Under the pieces are notes generated by a model. The model was not told the origin of the DNA. It saw only the letters and a list, made by a program, of their open reading frames with translations, and did not search any database. A DNA stretch of 64,000 bases from Marsupella aquatica (Eukaryota > Plantae > Marchantiophyta). The position numbers were made by a program, and so were the translations under genes. Positions 37,921-51,201 of this stretch are shown one piece after another. The stretch lies in contig OZ316898.1 of the NCBI GenBank assembly GCA_973895155.1, positions 9,497,661 to 9,561,660 on the forward strand, read 5' to 3'. Position 1 is the first letter of the stretch. Each line of letters begins with the position of its first letter.

Positions 37921-38023
37921 CCCCAAGGTCTTGTAAGGCCTCCCCAACTCTGACATAGACATTAGCGTTGACATCTGGTTTCTTAGGTGAGCATAAGCAT
38001 ATTACTGCTGATGTCTTAAAAAA

Positions 38024-38399
38024 ATTAAGGGCGAAAAGCAATATCGAGGCTAATCAATGCTACTTAGCAATGATTAGCCCGTGCGTACGCCCCTGCTGCC
38101 CGCTGTAACCGACAATCTTATTAGGGTAAATACTATATGCGACCAGCAATTGTCATCACCGGGTTACGGACTCAATGGTAGAGTGTCTGAGTGGGAAGCA
38201 ACAGGTCTGGGGTCAATTCCTGGCAATGCATGATTCTTTTAACAATCACCCCACCCAAAAGTGGGGTTCATTCAAACCCTAGTGACACTTAGAAAAATAG
38301 TGTCGCCATTCGCAACAAACACGGGCAACGGGCAGGGAATGTGCGCAGTCCGGTACGGGAGGCTCTTTATGAGCCTCGAGATTGCTTTTCGTGCTGAAT
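38024..38399. mobile_element. MITE-like element (376 bp) with a tRNA-derived core
   Basis: Imperfect TIR ATTAAGGGCGAAAAGCAATATCGAGGCT / AGCCTCGAGATTGCTTTTCGTGCTGAAT. 8-bp TSD TTAAAAAA at 38016-38023 and 38400-38407. The empty site is visible in the sister repeat units. Confidence 0.8.
38161..38230 (+). pseudogene. tRNA-derived (SINE-head-like) sequence; not a functional tRNA
   Basis: A-box-like GGACTCAATGGTAGAG, B-box-like GGGTCAATTCC and 3' CAATGCA. Acceptor and anticodon stems pair poorly. Confidence 0.55.
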
Positions 38400-39289
38400 T
38401 TAAAAAACACACAATCATAATTATGATTGATTCTCAGCAGGGCAGATTAATATGGATCCAACAATCAAGACAATGAGATGCATAGCGTTGACATCTGGGG
38501 TGCTTAGGTGAGCATGAACATATCATTATTGGTGTCTTAAAAAGCACACAAACAAGTGATTGATTCTCAGCAGCGCATTTTATGGGTCCAACACTCCCCA
38601 ATCGGGTCCCAATGCAATGGATGGTCCCGGGCGTTCACATCTTGGAGACCACAAAAAAGTTGAAACTGCTATCATGTCTTCTTGAGCCACCCTAAGTTGA
38701 ACATACTAGCTTAGACATCAGCGTTGACATCTGTTTGCTTAGGTAAGCATGGATGTATCACTCTTGATGTCATCAAAACACACAATCATGTGATGGTTTC
38801 TTAGCAGCGCAGATTATGGATGCAACACTCATCCAATCAGATGCACACACCTCCCCTGGCACTATTTCCTAAGTATTAGTACATACCTATTTGGAGGGGA
38901 AATAAATACAGAATAATTATGGTAATATCATTGCTCTAATTTTTAACACTGCCAATGAGCCAAAGGCACCAAAAGCGGGAGAAAGGACCTTGAGGGCAGG
39001 AGACCCGGCCAATAAGCCCGGGAGTAAACCAAGGAAAACCAATGTGCCAAACAGCAGCCAAAAAGCCATGCTAGAACTGGGGTCTCGGTAACTAACTGCA
39101 CATCAAAATATGACACCCCTGCATACCACCGAGATAATTCTAGTTTTTTTCTTTTAATCAATGAATGCAGTCACATTTTGATGGGTGATTACCAGCACGG
39201 CTAGAACTGGGGAAGACCAAACTAAGTGCCAAAAATCTCAAGAGCCAAAAAGAGAGAGAGTCCCAAATCAATTCAGGATGCACTTAGTA

Positions 39290-39429
39290 GATATGAAGAA
39301 GGTCTAATCCGGGAGATTGAAGGAGATAGCCTCGAAATAATACATAATATAACATATAGAAATTCAAGCAATTCTCATAGAAATATTCTGAAAATACAAT
39401 TTGCTTTAAACTTATTGTTTACACATTGA
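39290..39429 (+). pseudogene. Possible RNase H-like retroelement fragment
   Basis: EIEGDSLEII resembles the plant RVT_3/RNase H motif. It is short and isolated. Confidence 0.3.
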
Positions 39430-41874
39430 TAAATGAATATTGAATATTCTTAGAATCTTGCTTTAGTGAAAGTCAACTCTACATACTCCGACAAGATCGT
39501 ACTAGACGGTACAGTACTTTTATAAATATATGGAAAAGGACGTATTATTGCAACACTGTACTATGAATAAAAGATTACAGTACTTTTATAAATATCAATA
39601 AACTTTAGGTTTGTCTTACATCCAAAGTTCCAAACTCTACTGTAGAGGTACAGTGGAACGTGTTAACTATAAATAAATATATATATATATACTTGTTAAC
39701 ATGCATCGATGCGAGCGCTCCCTTATCCATGGTAAGATGGATTCCCCTGCCACGTAATCTCGGCTATCCATGGTACGCTAAACCCCCCTGCCAGGTAACC
39801 TTCAAGGATTTATTAAATCTGCCTATATGGCAAATGGTCCCATGGAGAGAAGTTGAAAATATTCATTTATTCATAACCATTAAATTTCCATAAAAGTAAG
39901 GAGAACCTGTAAAATTGTGGCTAATGGACCAATGGTTTCTGGTGTGATGACAAGGAGGTGCAATTTGGCTATTTAATGTTCTCCAAAAATGAATATCTCT
40001 GCATGCAAAACTGAAGCCAGACCATACGTCACAGTTCACAACACTATCAACAGCACACAAAAGTATAAAATCCGGAACTCTTGCCTTGGAATTGGCAGTA
40101 TGAGGGACCTGGAGGGAAGAGAGAATGCATGGTCCAGCTGAAGAGAGATAGTCCAACTGTGATCAAGGTGACCTTCCCATGATACATATGACTAAATCGC
40201 TACTCTCGGCAGAGTGCCCGAAGCCGATCGAGAACTTAATTTTCAACGCGGACGAAAGAGGAGTATCAGACTCTGAGACAGTCCTGTGACCCAGTAACAG
40301 TCCCAACCTCTCTACCGTGCTCTACTGATGCCATGCATTATCGACGCTGGCTGAGCTTTGCCTATGCATGAGATTGACGGTACCTTGGAAGCCCAAACTG
40401 CTGCAGTAAGCAGTTGATTCCAGCTGGGCATGCTATATGCTGATCGATGTTTGGTGGTATTTCCGTCAATGAAGACGGAAATGCTAGGAACGATTACCAA
40501 GAGAAAGTTGATTTGGCTCGCCTTACATGTTTGAGTGTGCAAATAACGATGTCACGGCACCTTACTAACAATAAGAGATTGACAGCTTGGGGATCACAGC
40601 TGGACTATGCTTACGGTTTGGCAATATGAGTTGATCGATGGCATGAAAGATCAACTGCTTTTAGTTGGATAGGTGCATACACCACGGGTACCCTGAGTGG
40701 ACATCCATGCGCATTCATTTAATTTGAGCTCTGACTCTTGAAGGTTGCTTTTCTGCCTTTGTCTCTCACACAAGTTTCAGAGAAGCTAGGGAATCTACAA
40801 TACTCTCTCCTGTGTCTCTACTGAGCAAAAAGTACGGCATCCTTCCTTGAAATCCTACGCCGTTTTCAGAATAGGGGTGCAGGAAATCCGGGGAAAGCAC
40901 AAGTTTTCAGATTCATTTTTCTCATAGGACGAAGCTAGTCAATGTAGCATGAAGATCTTTCACTAATTGGATATGTCTATTAAAAGATTGTCGATATATC
41001 TACTCCTGAAGATTTTTAACCACAAAGTAGTTCAGGATCAAGAAAATGTTCCCAGGTTAATTTTCCAGCAGCACATAGCTTTTGCCTTTCGAGAAGCCTC
41101 AGAGTCAGAGTTAGTTCAGCCGCGAGCCCGCTTATCCGTTTAGCAGCTCTTGTCCAGTTCAAGTGCTCCGGACCTCTCATTGAGAATTGGAGGTCGCACC
41201 TTTGTTTTGCAGACTGCAGTCTATCCTAAGGTAGTGTGAAATGATCTAATCTATGTAGTCTACTGACTGAGCATCTATTCATGTTCGATCATCCAATATT
41301 TTGTTTTCCCCTCAGTCTCTTCTTGAACACAGGGATGCATTTTCATTTCACAGAGGGAGTCGTTTGTGCAATCTCACGACTAGAGTCACAGTTTATGAGC
41401 CTTTCAGCAATTCTCTCGTTTGTTATGCATTTCTGTGAGCGCATTTGAGAGATTTTTGTATACGGGGTTCTTTCTTTCGTCCTAAATTTGGTCGTGTAAC
41501 TCTTCCTTAATTTTCTTCCCTCAGTCGATTCCGAGATGCTCTTGTATCAGTGCTGTAGCACGATTCATATATGTTTCCCATAAACTGCATCACGGGAATT
41601 CTAATCCAAAGTTTGTAGTGAACTGTGGGATCGAGGTGGGACTTATAGCTTCGAATCAGTAACTGAAGTCGTTTTATGAGCAATAGTCGGGTGTACAGCA
41701 GTCCTAGCTAGCTAGGCTGACTTAGGGTCTGATTTGTTAGTCCTCTGACACTTTGAATCGTGCCAATGGCAGGAGTCGCTTGCGCTGTCCGCGCGACCAC
41801 TGATGCTCATAGTGACGACGAAACAGTCTGGATCAATCCATATATTGGCTGAATCTCAAATATAATTAATATAT

Positions 41875-44800
41875 ATGGCAGCCCGTGTGGCAGCAATAAT
41901 TCGAGAGATTCTTCTCCCGCATCTTGTGATCATCGTTCTCGTCCTAGCCAACGGGCAATGGGGTCGGTGCAGTTCAATCGAAAGCAGTGTAGAGAGTCAT
42001 ACTATAGCTTTGAAGAGAATGGGAGGAAATTCTAGTCCAGGGTTCAATCTTGGGGCCACTGGTGCGTCCAGTACTCCTCTTTTCACATCCGACACCGGAA
42101 GGAGAAGAATCTCGCTCGAACAAAATGCAGAAAGCAATCCGATCAAGTCGAGCAAGGAAGTGGAAATTCTCATGGCTTTCAAGAGTGAAATCACGAGCGA
42201 TCCGTTGGGAGTGCTGAACAGCTGGCGGGCAAACGACTCTGATCCGTGTCGATGGCCGGGGGTTCAATGTCTTCCAAAGTCCGAGCATGTCAGCACCTCG
42301 GTCAGCACCCTCAATCTGGCAGGCCTTCATCTGGTAGGAACGGTTTCGACCCTCCTCGGTCAGCTTTTAAATCTACAGCACCTGGACCTCTCGCAAAACT
42401 TCTTCCATGGCTCGATACCGGCTAGTCTTGGCAACTGCTCCAATCTGTTGTTTCTCAACATGTCCTTCAACAAAGTGGCTCAAGATATCCCTCCTCCACT
42501 GGGAAATCTTGCCAAACTCCAAACTCTAGACTTCTCCAACAACAATCTTACTGGAGGGATTCCAGTCTAAACACTAAGTAACTGCTCGGCATTACGATAT
42601 CTGGATTTAGGTACGAATTCGCTTCACGGAGGCATTCCTTATCAATTCGGCGCCTTGTCCAATTTAAAGTTTCTGAGTCTTGAGAACTGCTCAATTTCGG
42701 GCTCCATTCCACCTACTTTAGGTAATTGCTCATCACTTACCAAGTTGTGGTTGAGCTACAATACTGGACTGGGGGGGGAGCTCCCGTTTCAGCTGGGAGA
42801 GCTGATTCACTTGCAAGATTTTCGAATACTAAGTTGCAGCTTTGAGGGGAGTTTCCCCATGTGGACATTGAATCTCACTTCACTCAAAGAACTCAACCTA
42901 GGTGAAAATCGATTGCGTGGTCAGCTACCTCAGGGTTGGAGACAATTATCAAATCTTACCTTTCTGGGATTGGAATTCAATTTTTGGGATGGAAATGAGA
43001 TTCCAAGCGACATAGGTTCACTGACTAACTTGGAAGTATTTGACATCGGAAATGGCGGTATCGTTGGAGAGATTCCAAGATCGATTTTCAACATCACCTC
43101 CCTCCATGTTCTTGGGTTGCTCCAGAATCACTTGACGGGTCCTATCCCACATGAGATAGGCTTGCTGAGAAACTTGCTGTACCTATATCTTTCGAGTAAC
43201 TCATTCACCGGCATACTTCCCTCGTCGTTATCGAATTGTTCAGTCTTAGAAAGACTTTTTGTGGGGCCAAACCAAGGATTGGATCCTCAGGGCTTGCCCT
43301 CCTGGATAGCCTCGTTCCAAAATTTGGTGAGTCCGGCGGCTTATGATATGAATCTGGAAGGTGAAATTCCCACAGAGATAGGTCAACTATCCCAACTAGG
43401 ATATTTTGGAGTGTTCTCTAACAATTTGTCCGGAGTGATCCCAGCTTCTCTGGGAAATTGCACTTCTCTTACCATGATCGAAGTAGAGGATAATCAGCTA
43501 ACCGGCCAGATTCCTCCTGAGTTAGGACATCTGTCCCAATTGGCATATTTGTTATTGAATTCAACTTTTTCCCCAGCGGCCCTTTACCTGCTTTCATCTA
43601 CAATCTAACGTCAAGCTTGGTAGCATTTGAAGCCGGCAGTAATCAATTCAATGGGAAGTTAGAAGGAGATTTCGGAAGCTTTCAGCTATTGGCGGCCTTT
43701 GGTGTCTATAACAACGACTTTCATGGCCCAATTCCTGAATCCTTCGGCAATTGTTCTAATCTCCAGGTTTTGGAGTTGGGAGGAAATACCCTTAGTGGAA
43801 CAATTCCCATCGCGCTCGCCAACTTGACCAATCTACAATTTTTTCTACTTGAAAGCAATCACTTTCATGGAAGTATTCCTGTTGAGCTCCTGACGAATTT
43901 TCCCGTCATGCAATACCTTGATTTTAGTGACAATAACTTTGGCGGTACCATCCCACTGCAGATTGGCCAACTCGTCAACTTGCAGCAATTGAATATGCCT
44001 GCAAATCTATTCGTCGGGAGGCTTCCGGATTCTTTGGGCAACTGTACACAGCTGCTTTCTGTGGATTTGTCTCACAACAGACTGACCAGCAGTATTCCTG
44101 GGATAGCTTTTGCAAAGATGGCTTCTCTGAGCGCGTTGAATTTATCCCGCAATTTATTTTCTGGGTCATGGCCATCACAATTTAGTGAGCTGAACAGAAT
44201 TGTGACCATAAATGTATCGTCCAACAACATCGCAGGACCAATCCCTTTGGGTCTTGGAAGATGTATTTCCCTTGGAAGCTTGGATATCTCCTTCAATCAG
44301 TTGTCGGGAGCGATTCCTCAAGATCTTGGGTTGCTTAAGCACCTTACGACCTTCAATGCTTCTTATAACAACTCCAGTGGGCCAATTCCAAGTTCGGGTT
44401 CTTTCCAGGCCAATCTGACGGCAGCTTCGTTTTTGGGAAATCCGGGGCTGTGTGGGCGTGTTCTTGGGCCCAAACGGCTCTGTCCAGTTGAAATAGCTTC
44501 GCCAACTGGGAGATCACACTGCAATGGTTTTGAATGTCCCGTCGTGTGGATATCTGTAGTTTCCGCTGTGGGGTTTGTTACGATTCTCCTCGGAGCCTTG
44601 TAAATTTACTCCCATTGCTATGGCAATCTGAAAAACAGCGGGGACGAAGAGTTGGTAATCTTTACCAATGATCCTTCCATGAGGTTCTTCACGAAGGTTG
44701 ACTTACTTGCTGCCATTGGAGCTGGGGAGGACTCTACAATTGGTACGGGCCCAAGAAGCATTGTCTACAAGGCTAATTCACCTGGCGGTGGGATTATCGC

Positions 44801-46168
44801 CATCAAAGTTTGGAAGGATCGGGGACAATCTACAATTGCCGGAGCTCAGGCGATCCTGAATGAGGCACATACTCTTGCTCAGCTACGTCACCGCAATATC
44901 ATTAGAATTTTGGGGTTGTACTCCAGTGAGAATATCAAGGCCATGTTGTTGGAATACATGCCCAACGGGAGTCTACATGAGAGCCTGCATGGAAATGACC
45001 TATGTGAGTTGACTTGGGCTCAAAGATTCAGAATACTGCTGGGTGTGACCCATGGATTGGTGTACCTTCACCACGAATTTCCAGATCCGATCATCCATAG
45101 AGATTTGAAGCCAAGCAACATACTTTTGGATGCAGATTTGGAACCGAAACTCTGCGACTTTGGCATTTCCAAGTTTGTGACATACCAGAATGTGGAAAAT
45201 GGAGAAGTATCTGCTTCAACCATTTGTGGTACCTTCGGATATATGCCCCCAGGTGAGTCACAGTGTTCTACTCATTAACTCTACTCGACAACTATGATAT
45301 AGGTGCTCTCCAGAGTGATCGACGAAAGCAACAGGTCTCATAATTATCAGTATTTTTGTAATTTGAGTCTGTAGTATGGGTCGGTATTTTGTAGCCTTTG
45401 TGATTGGTCCATGATAAACGTTAAAGCGAATCTGAAACTGATTGGACTTTTTCAACTAGAATATATATGACGGCCAATATATATATGTTACATTGGTGCT
45501 GGTGAGATAAAATAACAAGCGAGTCACCAAACTCATACATAGTTGTGTGAGTGCCATTTAACTTACAATACATTGTCACAAACTTGTCAATAACACGTCT
45601 CCTTATTGTGACGTAGTCAAAGCAACACTACAAATGTAATTCAAGCTGCCCGTATAATGTTACATGGAAGGAACTAATGACTTTGTCCGATGTTGTTCTT
45701 GATATCGACATTCTAACAAGTGACATAATTGCGGAACGCCGTGGTTAATTTACAGAATATGGGACGGATGCAAGAGTCAGTACCAAAGGAGATGTTTACA
45801 GCTTTGGAGTGGTTCTTCTGGAACTCTTGACTGCAAAAGTAGTTACACAGTCTCATCTCATGACTGCTTCTGGCCTAGATGAGGGTTTAGTGGGCACAGT
45901 GCAACGCAGTATTCAAGAGTCCAATACTACACCTGGGATTACACCACTGGAGGTCCTTGACCCAACTCTCAAAAGTGAGGGTGCTAGTTATGCAATCATT
46001 CAACAGCAAATGGAGTTAACTTTGCAGTTAGGCCTTTTTTGCACGAGGGTGCTGCCTGCAAATCGACCATCCATGAACGTTGTACTTGAGTTCTTACTTG
46101 AAATTGAGAAGAGAGGTCAGGGAGCAGTTACTGAAAGGACATTGGATGACCTTCTCCTAGAAGATTGA
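41875..46168 (+). pseudogene. LRR receptor-like kinase, disabled
   Basis: Signal peptide, LRRNT (DPCRWPGVQC), many LxxLxLxxNxLxGxIP repeats, GNPGLCG cap, TM segment and kinase (HRDLKPSN, DFG). Intron 45253-45755. In-frame TAA at 42568 and 44601 and a frameshift near 43560-43610. Confidence 0.92.
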
Positions 46169-48529
46169 TGTTGCCCTTAAACAGGTGTGAAATCTTATCC
46201 CGACATCCAGTTATACAGTCATTTGAATGTAAAGCAATACTTATTTTGGCTTTTTCATAACGAGCTATATATCAATTGAAATTTGGAGGCAGCGCAAAGA
46301 GAAACAGCAGGAAAGGGTATGAAACGGCACAGCAATGAAAACCTGATGAGATGAAACTGACAGTATGGTACATCAAACAATATTAGACACATGATTCAAA
46401 TTTTGTTTCAGGGAATGATCCGCGCCGACCTATGGAGAAGATAATGAGGCGGCTCGGGCAGGAACAATGACTGGAGCTGCGCAAGCCAAAGCCAAGGGCG
46501 TCGGGTTTGATAACTGCCCATATAGCTGTACAAAGCGTGGGAGTTGTATACCAGACCCCGTAAGGCCTCTTTCTATATATATCTGGTTTTGAGAAATGTC
46601 AATCTTCTGAGTGATTTTCGCTCGGTCAGGAGAATTCATGTCAGCCCTGTTCAAAATCAGTCTTAATAATGACACTCATGCCGACAATTATAAGAATCCT
46701 TGCAAAAATCTGTATCATGAGGATCTTGGACATTAGTAGTAGTAGATGCATTAGGCAATATGATTGTCTTCGAATCTTTAATTTGGTTTTGGGGTATTCA
46801 AAGAAACTTGGGTTTTCTCGAATGGACCTCGAGAATGGAATGTAGGAATCAATGTAGACCTGGATATACTCTACATCAAGGTGGGGATTTTCCGGGTTTG
46901 TTTCTCTATACTTAGAACCTGAGGACGTTTAGAAATTTGATTGAAAAAGAATGATTTTAGACGTGCCTGGGCACCTCCAAACGTAAGTGGCCTTAAGTGT
47001 TTATTCGTCTTGGACGTGAAACCACTTTCATTATTGAAGTAGTGTAAGAAGGCCCAGGCTACTAAATTGAATTGAAAAATGCCACTGTCATCACATGACT
47101 TGTCCACTGCGCGCCAGATGCCACCACATGATTGGTACTTCCATATAATCAGGACCTATCATAGGGGGTGTTCAAATAGGAGGCATTCTAAATTGTAGAA
47201 GGTGTAGCAAAATCAGGAGCAAAATTGGTAACTAGTCTGTCTAGCCTTATTACTCGCTCCTTGAATGTAAATAGAAGTGAACGAAAATAGTGGTGAAAAC
47301 AAAAAAACACCTGCACTCAGTGCGAAAACAATTTCCTGGGTATTAGTCTTCATCTTTCCCCCTCTCTGGTTTTTGTCTGAACCGGGTCTGAACTCACTTT
47401 CAGTTACTTAGGCCCTTAATTAGATTCACAATCTGGATGCGTCACTCTGGAGAGTGGCCAAACCCGAGGCTTTTGATTGCAATTATATATTGATAGATAG
47501 ATAGATAACGTGTGTATAATGTGACCGTGCCCCAAAGGTCCACACAGGACAGTAGCTGTGAAGCATTGCCGAATATTATTGAATTGTCCCCTCTCCAGCA
47601 AAAGGGAGAGTGCTGGGTCCCAAGTAGAGAAGACAAAGTCTGTCTGAGCTCTACTTGCCTCCAGGGAAGAGAGAGTACGTGCTAGGCCCCAATTAACAAT
47701 ATATACCCTTTGATCTTAGCCTCTCAGCATGCCCAAATCTAATCATTTTTCAAGTTTGTCAGTTGAATGTTCTTTTGGGGTTTTCATATGTTGTATGCTA
47801 CTGGGGTAAATGAGCATCCTAAGATGCATCAAAACAGTATTTTAGCCATTATATAAATTTCAATTCTGTTTGGGATGAGATTCTTAGAAGTGTTGCTTAG
47901 TTTAATAGAGGACCTGCTCAATAAATAAACTTGAAAAAAACTGGATGTCCCAAAACTTGCTGATGACTCTCAGCAACCCAATAAGATCCATGATAGAGAT
48001 TAAAGTGAAACAAAGAAGAAAAACTGAGTTGGAAATATTTAGCCAAATAAAATAACAGGAAAAATAACTGGCAATGAGTGATACTGATGTCACTAGTGTC
48101 AATCTGACTTGTGCCTACTAGTTGACAAAATGTTTTAGAGTGTCTATGAACCATTAAAACAATTGTGTGATAATCTAAGAATGATATGAACATTGCCTAA
48201 TTAAAGAGGCATGGTTGTGTGGTAGTTCCTTCCAGTGGAGATTGATAGGTCCTGGGTTCAAATGTTGTGACTGATTGTTCCCTTTCCGAGGGGTTTCACA
48301 AATTTCTCCTTAAATTTATTAAAAGAAGTAAATAAAATGCTATGAGAGTTTTGATTGAAATATTGACTTGGACTTCATTGTATGAATTATTTTTGGAATT
48401 AAAAAGTAGCAGAAACATGAGAGCATGTCTCAGCTTTGCACGAGTATTAAAGCATAGACAACAAGGGGTTCCACAAACTACTGTCAGTAGTTTGTTAAGG
48501 CCAATTTCACTTGTAGAAAAGTGCAAAAA

Positions 48530-49270
48530 AAGTGCAATTTTCAAAGTACACGTTAATGATGAAGCCCTTCAATGCAGTAAATAAGGGATAGCACTTGTTG
48601 AGTGAATTTCCTCTTAGATTTGCCTTTTGTTGAGGGCGGATTTGGCTGCTAAACAATCTGCCCCTTTGAAAGCTGCAGGTTACCCATAGCTACCAATAAA
48701 AGTAACTTTTATTGAGATTGTGGAGCAACCTGGCATGGTAAAGTAGAAAAGTAAGTGGAATGTGGCCTGCAGTGTTTAAACAGTGCATAAAACTGCAAAT
48801 TATAGTGACTCTAAACTTTAATGAAGAAGCCTCTCCACTAACAAGGGATTGCACTTGTATGGGGAATTCCTTTAAATTTGGAATCCCTTTTGTTGAGGCC
48901 GGATCACGCTCTTAAAAAGCGGAACAAAACTGCAATTTCCACAGTAAACTTTAATGAAGAAGTCACTCCACCGCACTAAAGAGGGATTGCACTTGTATGG
49001 GGGAATTCCCTTATAAATTTGAATGCCTTTTGTTGAGGCCGGATTAGGCTCTTAGAAAGCGCAATAAAACTGCCATTTCCACAGTAAACTTTAATCAAGA
49101 AGCCCCTCCACTCCACTAAAAGAGGGATTGCACTTGTATGGGGGCAGTTCACTTTTAAATTTGTAGTTTGCTAAGGCGCTCTAGAAAGCGCAATAAAACT
49201 GCATTTTCCACATTAAAACTTTAATGAAGAAGCCCCTCCAATGCACTAAACAAGGAATTGCCCTCATAGG
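48530..49270. repeat. Degenerate tandem repeat, ~130-140-bp unit, about five copies
   Basis: AAACTTTAATGAAGAAGCC...AGGGATTGCACTTGTATGGGG recurs, with AGGG(A) anchors at ~48584, 48844, 48982, 49123 and 49253. Confidence 0.8.
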
Positions 49271-51201
49271 GTGTTCCACCTACAGGGGGTGCATTTATGC
49301 ACAGCTCCCTGTACTCAGCAACAGACGAAAACTGCAACAACCATACAGTACGAGCTTTTAATAAGATTGTGGCCATTTCCATAATTAGCTTAGTTGGCGG
49401 AGTTAGCATGAGTGGAGGGCAGGGAGGCAGACGAGCAGCATCGAGCAAGTCTGCAGATCGAGACTGCATTACAGTACTGTGGCATTGGTTTCTGTTTCTG
49501 TTTCTGCAGCTGCAGCACTTGACTGACGGCTCCAGCCTGCACACACACCGTCCAAGTTGGGATCAGAACGATTTTCTGCAGTAGCATTTCACTGAAATTG
49601 AAGCATTGAATCTACCGTAGACTAGATCCGGCGGGCACAGTCTTCCCCGTATTTGAGGCAGCAAAAGTCCTTAGATTGCTTCTCCATAATTGAAATTTTG
49701 GCTGCCTTGCCAGTGCTGTGACTGATGACTTTCACACTAATTTGCATGGACAGACTTTACTTTAGACCGAGATTGCTGTCCTGTTGTCCTGGTCACCCTC
49801 GGTCGTTCAGGATTGATTCATCATATAGTACTGCCTTTTCGTACAGCCAGTTTGGTGAAAGATCTTCTGGACAGCAATATCCGATGTGCACTGTTGTAAG
49901 TCATTAGGGATCATGCATTTTTTAATATTATTTTCCAACTGAAAAAGAAATTTGATGGCACATCTGCTGGAATGCTGGATCGTGGCAGAATCCTATCGAC
50001 TCGCATTGTCTTGACCGGAAGGCTCCCGTGATTGAATTGCAGCTTGTGGACCCGTTTGGCATGCAATGGCTTGAATCCAGTCTGGCTTGAATCCAGTCTG
50101 GCTTGATACCAACAATAATCATCGGTCCATGTATATCGCACCTCGTATTGCACATAGTAGGCAGAGGACAAGTTGGTTTAGATACGGACATTACAGCAAC
50201 AGCAGTAGCATGATCAGCGATGTCGTATGGGTAGGCAATTGAGTGACTGAGAGACAGAATGGAGCTCCCAAATCAAGCTCATCTCCCAAGCAATAGAATG
50301 AGTTGAACGGGCCAGACAAGACAACAATGAACTTGAAACAGGTGTGGTATGCCGGGATCTAGGCCCAGCATTCGGGAGAGATGCTTGCTGTCGACCTCGC
50401 TCATCTTGGTTGTCAATGCCTCACAAATTATGGTAGCACCATTGTATGCACGTGTGATTGTGCACATACGGTCTAGAGTTGGAATGTCACTCGGTAAGTG
50501 CACGACTTGCACGTGACCTTGAAAATGTACGCGTGGGTGTGGACCTCGAGTCTTTGCGGTGAAATGGCTGAGAGTGTCGTTATCCAGTCAGGTTGGTGGT
50601 CCAAGCGAATACCACATCTTGAGGGGAGCTTCGGTAAGTACAGGAAAGGAGCGATTTTAGTCTCAACGCGGTTTCCTCGCGTTCAACCAAAATAATGAAG
50701 CAGGCTGGAACTTCGATCGGCTCCGTGCGGTTGCCATTCCCAGGGTGTGCTGAGAGTGTGGACCGGCTTGGATATTCGAATCAGGAGACTATCTACAGTA
50801 GATTGACTTCAGCAACATTAGAACCCGCATGTTGTCACAGATTTCCAGGAACTCAAGTGTGTAGAATGAGGTGTTCCATTGAGAATAGATGAGACTTAGT
50901 TTGTACATGACTTTGTACATGGAGTCAAGTCAAACTAGAATGACTCACTTCATTTATCTTCTGTCTATTAGAGATGGTGAGTACCTAGGTTCTACCTGCT
51001 TCGTAGCTCACCTTATACCTCGTGGTCTAATTTAGCCCACTTGACGGTGGACCATTTCTAATAGATTGTGCAGGACATTGTGCTCCGTGCATGGTGGCAC
51101 TTTAGGCTAGCCGGGCCTCTTCTCAAATTCTGGAAGGATTCATTGCTCAACAACAATAGCAGAAAGTTAGTAGTTGCCAACCAAGCGTGGGTGACCAGGA
51201 G

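Larger units (their letters stand above)
37963..38830. repeat. Three copies of a ~110-bp unit (AGCGTTGACATCTG...CTTAGGTGAGCAT...GATTCTCAGCAG...)
   Basis: Copies start at ~37963, ~38482 and ~38720. The first copy is interrupted by the element at 38024-38399. Confidence 0.8.

Noticed and set aside
49221-50892. Several 60-107 aa ORFs
   Set aside because: No consistent frame, splice model or domain.
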